From positions 3,844,001 to 3,908,000 of the forward strand of contig CM120649.1 of NCBI GenBank assembly GCA_051362555.1: DNA of 64,000 nucleotides, in the 5' to 3' direction. The DNA comes from Lingula anatina (taxonomy: Eukaryota > Animalia > Brachiopoda). The position numbers were made by a program, and so were the translations under genes. A model generated the notes under the pieces. It was not told the DNA's origin. It saw nothing but the letters and a program-made list of their open reading frames with translations, and made no database searches. Each line of letters begins with the position of its first letter. Position 1 is the first letter of the stretch. Shown piece after piece: positions 54,346 through 64,000 of the stretch.

Positions 54346-56095
54346 GCACACACACACACAGTCAATGCAATCATCATTCTGTTTTTTTGAACTATTTGTT
54401 TTACACCTGTGTTTAATAATCTGCTCTCCTTCATGTCCACCATGTTCTTTTTTAGCTCCAGTTGACATATTAGACATCGACTGGCGCAGTCTGATAGCGG
54501 AGAAGGTCCCCAAGCCTGAAGTGAAGAAATCGGCTGTGAAACGGTTCAGTCCAGCCAGTGTGTTTGCCAGTATTGGTGTGTCCAGGGCACTGGCTGGAGA
54601 GCAGCTGTATAATAAGATTATCAGGACATGTCAGGAACAGTTAGAGCAAGAAGCTGCAGAGGAGGGTAAGAGTTGGTTGTTTTGTTTGCTAGCTTGTTTA
54701 TTTATTTATTTGTTTAATACCTCTGCCAAGGAGGTTATGTTTTCACCCCTGTTTGTCTGTCTGTCTGTTTGTTTGTTTGTCATCAACATAACTCAAAAGT
54801 TACAGACCGATTTTGATGAAATGTTCAGGGTAGGTCGGAAATGGATTAACTTAGAAGTGATTAGTTTTTGGTGGTGATCCGGATCAATAATCAATCAATA
54901 AACAATAATAATAATCAAAAATCGCTTCCTTGGCAGAGGTCTGGGCTTTCAGAGTGCTTTTCTAGTTTGTTTATTTATTTATATGTAAATTTATGTAAAT
55001 ATTTTAATATAAGGGTTTTTAAATTTTCAAGTAGGACAAACATGAATTTTAGACAGGAAGGTTTATATGATGTCATGAGTTGAGCAAGATATTTTTTGCT
55101 TGGATGTCATACAAATTTTTTACATATCACTTTGAGGAGAGAGGCAGATGATCGTTTTAACTATCATCATTAAAAAAACGAATTAAGACATTTAACTGAG
55201 CCCCATAAGATTAATTTTAAGATATTATATTATCCAAAATTTAAATATGATCTTGTGCACAGCTGCAGAGGCACCTGAGGGCAGCACAGAAGAACCCAAG
55301 ACAAGCCAGAGAGAACATCCGAAGTTTGCTCTGTTGAATGACGTAGCAGCATTCCATGCCACGGCAGTTCAGCGCCGCAGGGAGCGAGCTAAGTTGCTGA
55401 CGGACTTGGATTCTTACAAAAGGGCCCTGAGCGCCAGGCATGATCTGCAGATCCGCAGGAAGCTGTGTAAATTTGATAAGGTAATTTGTTGTTATTTATG
55501 GCATTTCACATTGTACAGTTGTGCAGATTAAACAGGTTTCTGTGGAAGAAATATTTTTTAATGCCTAGAGAAAAGTGCAAAATTATTTTTAACAATTATG
55601 AGAAGTAATGATAAACAGAAATGAATACACATTAAAGTAAAGAACAGCACTAAGGTACAATAATGAAAAATAAAAATAATTATTATAATGATGAGGGTAA
55701 AGAAGACGGCCAAATTATTAATGAAAACAGAAAAATGAACAAATAAATTAACTTATCGGTAAAGTAAGAGGTGAATAATTTTCTCTTTTTAATTTAAATG
55801 TTAATTGTTGATTTAATGTGTTTTTGATGAAGTAAATACATGATTTATGTAACTGTTTTATCTATTGTATATTATTGATTTAAATTAATTTATTAAATTA
55901 ATGATTTGAATATTTAGAGTATAAAGTCGGATTGATTTTCTCATGTCTTAATTTATATTCCAGGCTAGCGAGCTGAGCAGTGTGTTTCCGGCACCGGTTC
56001 ACGACCCGGAGCTGTACAAACAGAGTCTTCAAATCCTCAGACATCCTAGAGGCGCCAGGAACGCTGCGGAGACTCCTCTCAATATCACGGCCTAG
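30185..56095 (+). CDS. ZC3H13: Zinc finger CCCH domain-containing protein 13 (Flacc/Xio; WTAP-VIRMA m6A writer complex), about 1359 aa, 21 coding exons
   Basis: Exons 30185-30289, 30931-31028, 31778-31859, 32285-32387, 32949-33073, 34155-34264, 34781-34906, 35351-35509, 35810-37032, 37348-37383, 37722-38076, 38553-38814, 39099-39198, 39698-39766, 51962-52071, 52771-52937, 53460-53632, 53795-53911, 54456-54665, 55263-55480 and 55964-56095 join in frame (4080 nt). N-terminus MSKRRVTVE..PSVFERLG and CCCH CRNWVETGECPYGNKCRFRH, RS/RD-rich middle, and C-terminal DILDIDWRSL..FSPASVFASIGVSRALAGEQLY..RALSARHDLQIRRKL match recalled ZC3H13 features. Confidence 0.93.
31134..31362. mobile_element. Palindromic MITE / long inverted repeat in a ZC3H13 intron
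   Basis: GGCATTTACTAACACTAC..AGCACTAACACCCATATTAACCACA pairs with TGTGGTTAATATGGGTGTTAGTGCT..GTAGTGTTAGTAAATGCC. Confidence 0.75.
33205..33690. repeat. About 35-bp minisatellite with GGGG runs
   Basis: Unit CATATCAGCATGGGGTTTAGTATGGGGTTCTCTTA, about 13 copies. Confidence 0.9.
34485..34695. mobile_element. Imperfect palindromic MITE
   Basis: TTCCCATA..TACTAGCAGGATCGATCTA..CTAAATTGCATT pairs with AATGCAATTTAG..TAGATTGATCCTGCTAGTA..TATGGGAA. Confidence 0.65.
38252..38417. repeat. Near-perfect 165-bp palindrome (hairpin)
   Basis: AATCTGATGTAACTATAACAAATGCAGTAGTTTACATACCTAGGATTGAAAA and its exact reverse complement flank a short imperfect centre. Confidence 0.9.
39941..44068 (+). mobile_element. 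HINE family 3, copy A1 (4.1 kb composite)
   Basis: 5' palindrome TGTACAGACAC-AGAT-GTGTCTGTACA, (GTCGCC)n, ~162-bp and ~340-bp tandem arrays, 3' TGTCTGTACA + CAGC-TTT-GCTG hairpin + CTTGT; carries (TA)n, a family 2 HINE and a MITE. Confidence 0.8.
43266..43499 (+). mobile_element. Short HINE family 2 copy nested in A1
   Basis: TCTGCCAAGGAGGTTAT ... CCTTGGCAGAGGT ... TTTTCTAGT. Confidence 0.8.
44092..45478 (+). mobile_element. HINE family 3, copy B (3'-truncated)
   Basis: Same 5' palindrome and GTCGCC microsatellite; ends abruptly at the start of copy C. Confidence 0.75.
45870..50022 (+). mobile_element. HINE family 3, copy A2 (near-identical to A1)
   Basis: Duplicate ORFs 42659/48600, 43238/49191 and 43405/49358; offset 5.93-5.95 kb; a few SNPs and a different (TA)n length. 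Confidence 0.85.
49219..49452 (+). mobile_element. Short HINE family 2 copy nested in A2
   Basis: Matches 43266-43499. Confidence 0.8.
54718..54966 (+). mobile_element. Short HINE family 2 copy
   Basis: TACCTCTGCCAAGGAGGTTATG, TGTC/TGTT microsatellite, CCTTGGCAGAGGT, TTTTCTAGT. Confidence 0.8.
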
Positions 56096-58611
56096 CAACC
56101 CGCAGGGGATAGATACGGGAATATTGGAGCAGTTTTGACCGAGTTTCAATAACTTCAGTATTAAAAATCCTCCGGCCAATCGCCCAAGGGGCGGCGCGCA
56201 TGCTTCAAAATCTTCTGTAAACGTTGGAGACCAGAAACTCACCGCTTTAGACTTAAAAGTTTGGAAGATTGAGAGGCTAAACCGTCAGTGAGCTTTCGAA
56301 CTTATCCTGTATGTATTTGGGTTACAGGATCTTCCTAGTTCCTATAAATTATGCGTTGTGACAGAGCTGCAGGTGAAATTCATCTTCATAAATATGTAGA
56401 CTGCATATCATTACCGGCATACAAGACGCCTTAAGACCTAATATTAATTGCAAAAATATGGATTTTTTTTATGTCACCTAGATATACTATGACAAGTGCC
56501 AGCTACTATAACATTACGAACCTAAAAAGTCGGTTACTTTAAAACTGGCAAAACGGGCTTATTTTTGTTATTGTATGAACAGTTTTGGTTATTAAAATCC
56601 CATGGTGTGTAAGGAAAAAAATACTGAAATTTGTTGTGCTCTATAAATGTCTATTTCTCGTTGTTTGCCATGGCAAAAGTGCGCTTTCTGCAGCGATGGG
56701 TTATAGAAAATTTCAGATTTCTTTGAGAAAACGTAGGTTTTTTAGGCGACCATTAATCAATCAGCCGGTGTAATATTGTAGTACTGTGTAGAAGTGCCTG
56801 AATACGTGAATAAGTCGGCGATGAAATAATTTGAAATAATTTAAGGATATCGTGCTTAAATTGTATGAAACATGATAAAAATGCATAGAACAAAATTCAT
56901 TAAAATGTTTTTCAAATGGTTGTAGTATTATTATTTTGTTTCAAAGTACAAAAATATCTTCAAGCAAGAAGGGAAAATGGTCCAAGAGCAATAAAAGCAC
57001 ATAAAGAGAGGTGCGCCTTTTAATGGGAAAGCAGTGTGCCACTTCCTTCAGCAGGTGGTTAAGTAATGTTAACATTTTTAATTTCTTTTTTTTTTCTGAA
57101 TCTCCGGGGTACGCAATTTCCAAAGTAATTGCTAATGAAGTTCTTTTGATACCTGGGCTACTAGTTGCTGTCAAAATGGAGTGACGGTCATGTGATGATA
57201 AATTTGGAACTCTGGAATGGGTTTATAGATAGGTGAGAGCACATTTACACAGATATATATATTTGTGTATGTATTTTTTATCTATTTTTTTTCCGTTCTG
57301 TGGAATGACAGTTTATTACGCAACTAAATAGTTCGCCATGTTTTGCTTTTTATCCAGTGCATAGTTTCACCCTTACAAAAAGGATATTCTCACCCCTCAC
57401 CATTTTCTAGTCTCGTGTGACGTCACACAGGACCTTCAGTCTCATTTTATTCTTTATCGTAAAAATTCAACATGGATACACAAAGAGAACATAAACCATT
57501 AAATAGCACAGAACATTTTTATCACTTGCTTGAAGCAGTAAATGAATTATCATATAGGAAGAATAGTCTGTAAGGAACGTTTTATGGTCGGCATGCAATT
57601 GCGTTAGTATGGTTTTGGCTGCTTTTGTACAGACAGGAAATGCCCAATACTAGGGAAATCATTATGGCATTTTAACACTCACGTGACAAACAACAGTATA
57701 CGTGGCTATCTAATACCAATCAAAATCCTGAAGGCATACGTGAGTTAATACTGTATTTGTCACGGGCACTGTAGGCTGGAGATAAAATGTATAAGATGTT
57801 TTGTACGATGCAAGTAGCAACTGGCCGCGGCGAGTACGTTTACGTTTACATTACGTGCCATTTCTATGATATGACCTTGAGGTCAAAAAAGGAAAAAAAA
57901 TCCTTTTTCGGTTGAAAAGTGATCGTACGGAGTCTCAGTGCAGTCTCAGTGCAGTTGCTGTGTGCCCCCCGTGCGGTTTCTTTGAATATCGATATGTGGT
58001 CGGTGCAGCCCCCTACGATTTTCTCACCTATGTGTTCCGGACCAAAAAAAAAAAAAAAATAATAATAATAATAATAAAAATAAATAAATAAATGAAAAAC
58101 TATTAACTATTTCAAATTCATATAAGTGAATTACAATAAGCTTTAAACATATGTACTATTGTTATACCTTCTAAAACCAGCAAAGACGATAATTCTACGG
58201 CTTACGGGCTTGCGATTTTTTTAATTGCCATATATTTTAACATGACAAAATCGTGGAGGCAACAGAGGCCCTGAATCTGCTCGATTTGCAGGCTGAGGGC
58301 CAACGACTTCCACTGCCCAGACGCCTCACGAAAGAGTATCGGGCAGTATGCGAGCCACGTACAGACATCGAATGGCAAATGTTATCTAGGCTTCTGATTG
58401 AGAGCGAGAAAATACGTAAAATTATATGATACAGATTTAAATGGAACTGTTGCATAGATTTATTCAAAATTAAAATGTCCAGCAATTGGGGGTAAATTCC
58501 CCTAGATTAAAAAATCATTCAGTTCAACAATTCAAATTCTGATTAAAATTGAATTTAAATTCAAATTTTTTTACAATCTTCAGAAAGCACGACCAGAAAT
58601 AGATGGACGTG

Positions 58612-59886
58612 TCAGTGATCTTGCTTACCAGTCTTATTCAAAGCAATGAGAAATTGCTCTCTGTAATCGTCAGCCCATTTTAATTGAATGGGATTTAATA
58701 GCGCTTTAAGAAGAGAACGATTGTTCATCCATATGTGCGCGTAAAACCCGCGTTCCGGAAGATGAGCGTCATACAGAGGTGTGAATGTCACCGTTTCGTT
58801 CGTATTAAACGCCAAAATTCCTTTATCAACTCGATCTGCTCGAAAGCCGTGTGGTGTCCTCGGAATTTCTTTGAAAAATTCTTTCCGAAGTTCACTGTCT
58901 AAAGTATTTATCCAGTCACCGATTCGAATGCTGGCGAGCTTTTGGTCGAGGTACCAGTCATTGTATTTGATTTTCAATTTTAATGCAACGGTGCGCAGTG
59001 TTTCAGAAATCGCTGTTCCTGTCTTGTTCGAGTAACTGACGATGAGGGGAATGTGCATCCCTTTGTCTTGGGCTAGCCTTTGCCTAGTTTCTCTGGCTTG
59101 AGACTGGCGGTTCATTTGTCTTTTGTTTATTGTCTTGTTCAAGTCTGGAAAAAGCATTCGCCATAATGCCACAGGGGCGCCGATGTTACCCATCGGGTAC
59201 ATACGGTAACTCTTTCCAAGCTGGTTGAAACGTCCACAGCAGTAACTGTTCGTAATAACCATACGTGGTTGAGGCTGAAGAAGGTGTGTTTTGTGAACCC
59301 ACAAGTCGGCATCACTTGTGATGAGAAAATCTTCATCTTTTAAAGTGTTATCGAGTGTGGCAACGTAGAGACGCAACACTTGGCTTAAAGCCACGGTGGT
59401 TGCCTCGTCCGCAGTTGGTACAAATAAGACTCGGGCTCGGGTTTGTTCCAGTCGCTCCAGTATTACGTTGAGAACTGGATCTCTTCGCCACAATGTTGGA
59501 TCCCCTGTCATTACAATCACCGACCGGAACCCTTGCTTTGCCCACAGAAGAGAAGTCAACGGCAAATAAAAGCCGTATTTGTGAATTTTAGTTATTGACG
59601 CGCCGTAAGTGACGTATTTTCCCTTCGTGCTGTTTTGGTCTGCGCCTTCGAATAATAACGTCTCATCCCTGTCTTCAGTTGGTGTCGCTGTATTCATGTA
59701 ATTTGCAAAATATTTTACGAAAGTGACACTTCCTGTCAATCGTATGTTCAAATACAACATTATATACACCAACGACAGAATAGAAACTGCTGATAAAAAA
59801 CATCCAAAAGTGTTTGAAATGGTCGCCATTTTAGTACAATTTCGTATAAAATTGGGTCTCTGTCGGTAAATTCCTTCATGCATCAA
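58612..59886 (-). CDS. Intronless type II membrane protein, putative GT-A-fold glycosyltransferase-like (uncharacterised)
   Basis: 424-aa uninterrupted ORF (start may be Met20 at 59829); N-terminal TM FLSAVSILSLVYIMLYL; DxD motif FLITSDADLW after a hydrophobic strand; WYLDQ and YDAHL motifs; several N-glycosylation sequons. Confidence 0.75.
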   Translation of the reverse strand: MMHEGIYRQRPNFIRNCTKMATISNTFGCFLSAVSILSLVYIMLYLNIRLTGSVTFVKYFANYMNTATPTEDRDETLLFEGADQNSTKGKYVTYGASITKIHKYGFYLPLTSLLWAKQGFRSVIVMTGDPTLWRRDPVLNVILERLEQTRARVLFVPTADEATTVALSQVLRLYVATLDNTLKDEDFLITSDADLWVHKTHLLQPQPRMVITNSYCCGRFNQLGKSYRMYPMGNIGAPVALWRMLFPDLNKTINKRQMNRQSQARETRQRLAQDKGMHIPLIVSYSNKTGTAISETLRTVALKLKIKYNDWYLDQKLASIRIGDWINTLDSELRKEFFKEIPRTPHGFRADRVDKGILAFNTNETVTFTPLYDAHLPERGFYAHIWMNNRSLLKALLNPIQLKWADDYREQFLIALNKTGKQDH

Positions 59887-62280
59887 ATCTGCCAGGAACC
59901 TTCAGAAATGCGGTGCAACGCTAAGCAACACGACGTCAATATCACTATCCATTTCAATATCCGCCAGTGTGGGCAGGCACAGCACCTCTGTTCATTTTTA
60001 ATGTCCACCGCTCGGTTTCACGTCTTTCGCAGAAAGACTGCAGTAGGATGCTGACCACGATTGATACTGCGCCTGGTACTTGCCTCCTTGCGCTGATTAT
60101 TTTAATGACATGTAGTCATAAAATTGCTCAGTGCAGTAGTTAAATCAAGCGTTATCAACTGCAAATTAATTCATCAGGGGTATAAAAAATAGTATGACGC
60201 ACTGAGCTTGACGGGAAATAGATGAGATAATTGGCCCACTCTCTTCTGCGGACCTCTGTTACGCCAAGGTGCCTACACAATGATTTCATCTCCTTGTTTT
60301 GCACTAGTACTTCCTTTGGCCAGCGATTTTCTATTCTCGCAACGCTCCACGGTGGACTTCAAGGACAAAATTTAAGGGATCAGCCGTGGTGGATAACTGC
60401 ACGACAAGCGTGAATGCCAGTTCTACCACATCTGGACCTTTCTTTCTCAATTTCGTCCAGCAAAAATTCCCATGAGTTGTGTACTGTAATGCTGTAAAAG
60501 CCACAACGATGGTTTCTTCCAGCAGCCAAAATCCAGATTAACAACTGTTTCAGTATATCAGTGTCTAGTACCTATACATTTTCAACAGGTTGATTGTAGT
60601 GTCCAATGTGATTATGGTATATTATAAGTGTTAGTTTTGTAATGTGTAAACTCCAGTATGACCCACATATGCTTATTAACTGGATTGTTTGTTTATATGT
60701 TACGATATATGTTAATCAGTTTGTGTTATGTGCGACTTTATTCAGGTTTTATATACTATCACTACTGTTATTTTGTACAATGTATTCTGTCACTCCCTTT
60801 TTTAGTGCTGTTAATGTCCAACGTGACTACTGTATGCTAGTTTGTGGCTGTTGTACATATGTTGTAATTTGTGCTTCGTGTGAAAAATGTATGTTTTGTT
60901 TTGTGGTGTCAATAAAATTTAAAAAAAAGGTTGATCGAACCTCTCAGATAGAGGCTATCATAACACCTGTAGCCTACCGCCATGCAAAAAAAAAAAAGCT
61001 GTCTTGTTTGCCCAAAAAAATTGAGACCGTGATGTAAGAACAGCATAATGAATTCTATAAAATAACAACCCACCATGACATAAGTCACATTTTCCACTCG
61101 TCAGCTAGGTGTACGTGGCAACCGCTCGGTGTTAATGCTCCTTTAAATGACATTAACCTCGCTGACTATGACTGTTAGCTATTACATACATGTAGCTCGT
61201 TTTTCAACATACCGCATTGGTAATGCATGCTACTGTCATTCTGCAAAATAATGTTCTGGTACGTTAAAACCAATTTATTTATTTTATTTTTTACGTAAAA
61301 TCATAGTATCAGAAATAATACTGAGAAAAGTTATATAGAATGGACACGACAACCCCCCCTCCATAGGTTGAGCAATGCGTCCCAATGAGACTGAAAACCA
61401 GTTGAGTGTTTTGCCTCTTATTACTGAAGAAATCAATTTATTCATCTATTTTATTCGCCTAAGCCATTGCCTGCGATCAAGATTTTTAGATCGTGAAGCT
61501 GTGAACTATTTTTTTGTCACGAAGATGTATTTGTGGTAAAGTTAAAAGAAGATGGAAATTTAATATCTATGCAAATTCTAGCAGAAAAGCGTCCGACCAT
61601 TTAAAGAGTGCCACACCGCCTGCAGGAGATCATTTCAATGCGGAATAGACACAAGTTATAAGGAGATATGATACTTAATATGTGTATACATGTTAAGTGT
61701 TTTTGTCGAGAAATTATCACACCACACATTTGAATCGTTTAAAACATTAATCTGTATTCTGAAAATCATATCTAACATGCTCCTTGGTACAAAAAAGAAA
61801 TACCCGTGTGGATATCCATATATCTTCCTTTTTTTCGAATTTAGAACATGCATGCTCTCAAGTCTGGTGTTCTTCCAAGAGGCAAAAATGTCTATGAAGC
61901 TCATCTTCTAACTTACGACTTTGTCGCGCAGTGCAATACGTTTTTGTTTGCGTATCATTGTGAATTTATATTCTGGCTATATAAAGGTCTCACGGTGTGC
62001 CTTCAAGGGTTTGAAGTGTCAGTGTGTTAGTGGTGATATAGTATGTCACCAAATGCGTTGTTAAATCTGTAATAAAGTCATTGAAGGCAGTGAATCCCTG
62101 CAGAGTTGGGTCGATTCACGTGGAGCGGTAGTGTCTGTGGGAATGAGGTCTACGATTAATTCTGCTGTTATATGATATGTGACATTGGGTCGGTATACAG
62201 TAGATTCTTTCCATGCAGAGGTTTTTAAGTTTACTTCTTCAATTATTTCTTTCATATGGAATCCCAGGAGGGCCAAGCGG

Positions 62281-62510
62281 AAAAAAAAAATTAAAAAAAA
62301 AATTTGAAAAAAAAATTTGAAAAAAAAAAAAATTAAAAAAAAATTGAAAAAAAAAATTTTGAAAAAAAAAAAAATTTGAAAAAAAAAAATTAAAAAAAAA
62401 TTGAAAAAAAATTTTTTTTTGAAAAAAAAATTGCGAAATTTGCGAGATCGCGTGTAATCCCGCGAGATCGCGCGTAATCCCGCGTGGTCGCGCGAAATCC
62501 CGAGAGGTCA
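62281..62510. repeat. Phased A-tract array followed by ~20-bp CGCGAGATCGCG repeats
   Basis: (TT/TTG A9-13)n at 62281-62430; GCGAGATCGCGTGTAATCCC-like units at 62441-62505. Confidence 0.75.
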
Positions 62511-62762
62511 ATCGTGTTTCATTTTCAAGATGAAATTTAAAAAAAACACAAAATCTCGCGAGAAAGTGCGAGAAAGAAAAAAGCATTGGCGAATGAGGCA
62601 GGGAGGGGCTGTTCAAAATGCCGACATTGCACCGAACATGAAGAGGAGGATGTCATTTGTAAAGGGAAAACCGCCCAACAGACTGGGATATTGGCTCCAT
62701 GCTAGGCCAATGCCACGATGAGAAGGGATTTTATGGAGCTAGAATATTAAAAAAAACACTCT

Positions 62763-64000
62763 TTAGTACCACCAGCATGTACGCTGGCAGTATTCATGGC
62801 TTTAGTCCCGACCTACCTCATATGGCTCTGCAGGGTGTCGTGAACTACAAGTCACCGTTACCGCTTCTCCTCCTAGAGCGCATTATTTCAAGGTCAAACA
62901 GGTCACATTTTTCTAAAATTGCTAACTTTCTTGTGGAAAACAGTTATTATTGTCTATTTTCAGAAACTAAACAGATCTAATCTATAATACAATGGGCAGG
63001 TGTTACCCTTAGGGTAATCTTTGATCTTCGTGAGTTTGGGGTCAATTGGGGCATTTTCAGACGAGTAGTGGCTATTAGATGCCAAACTAAAAACTCTCTA
63101 ATTCTGGAACCATCATTGCTAGAGACCTTGTTTTTTCATTTTGTAGAGCTTTGCATGCGCAACACTGCAGGTTTTTTGTATTTTTTATTTTTTTCGTTAG
63201 GGCTCGGGCATTGTTCTGTATCAAATAGTTCAACATCCAATATTCAGATGTGAAAATAAAATGTAAAATACACCAAAATTAGCAGAGATACACCCATTGT
63301 TACTACTGAACTTGAATAGGAAGGAGCAAACTGGTAATCAAAAATGATAGGACAATTTTATTAAAGTTGTGCTGTTTTTATCATTGACTTAATTGTTGAA
63401 AATGGAAGTAAACTCATTAGTTATAGTTCTCACTTGTGAACATAGTGGAATTTTCAAATATCATGGGCCTGAATACCTTTGCTAATTAATTTTTTTGTAA
63501 ATACCATTTTAACTGCATTGCATAATTAAGAATTGGTGGTGATTATGCTCTTAAGCATTATGTAATATAGCATCAAAAGTGAGGGAAAATAAATTTTGGT
63601 CACTCTCACCTTAATGGCCATAAACGTCATGCTACTCGTGGCTCTCAAACCTACTGAAAGGGTTCTTGGTCTGAATTGTACCTAGACTTGGACCAGTTTG
63701 ACTGCCTTTTATGTGCGTTCAATATTTTTTAAATATTAGCATTTTTATTGAGGGATTTAACCCCCAAAGGCATGAAGTCAAATGGCAGTGACCTTTTATA
63801 CATTATACTATTATGATAGACAGTTCAAGGTTGTATCATTACGTAAAATTGTATCAGATTTGGCAAAACAAATTGTGTACTGCCAAAAGTAACATTATAA
63901 AGAAAAAACAGTGACATATAAGTTTGAAAATCCAATAATAATTCTTAAGCACAGATCAAATTGGGAACCCAGCTTGTTTTTTTTTTTCTGAAATTTATGC
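62763..64000 (+). mobile_element. Diverged HINE, runs off the window end; 5' part like family 1, distal part like family 3
   Basis: TAGTACCACCAGCATGTACGCTGGCAGTAT matches the family 1 5' palindrome; 62995-63130 is the reverse complement of about 15115-15250; 63280-63340 is a partial 146-bp unit; 63390-63960 resembles 41300-42600. Confidence 0.65.

Noticed and set aside
58241-58429. GC-richer open frame on + (HDKIVEATEALNLLDLQ...KII)
   Set aside because: No start or convincing splice acceptor and no recognisable motif; it may be the 3' UTR of the minus-strand gene or a repeat relic
62061-62276. 71-aa minus ORF as a possible exon
   Set aside because: No recognisable domain and no frame-consistent partner exon found

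Overview
AT-rich, intron-rich animal genomic DNA. It looks like a marine invertebrate, possibly lophotrochozoan, but the taxon is an inference. Manual GT-AG splicing with frame checks gives five protein-coding genes: (1) the 3' part of a + strand type I membrane protein with a Cys-rich lectin-like domain and Thr-rich mucin stalk, with two possible cytoplasmic tails; (2) a 15-exon NT5DC3/NT5DC2-type HAD 5'-nucleotidase (-); (3) a 6-coding-exon BRICHOS precursor (-) ending in a furin site and a 59-aa 4-Cys peptide; (4) a 21-exon ZC3H13 (Flacc/Xio, m6A writer complex) gene (+); (5) an intronless type II membrane DxD glycosyltransferase-like ORF (-). Introns hold many non-autonomous Helentron-type (HINE) elements, MITEs, hairpins and minisatellites. 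Highlights are the BRICHOS-released peptide, a 12-kb intron built from nested HINEs, and a minisatellite built from a splice acceptor. Most short ORFs in the supplied track are exon fragments or noise. No databases were searched, and family calls come from recalled motifs.
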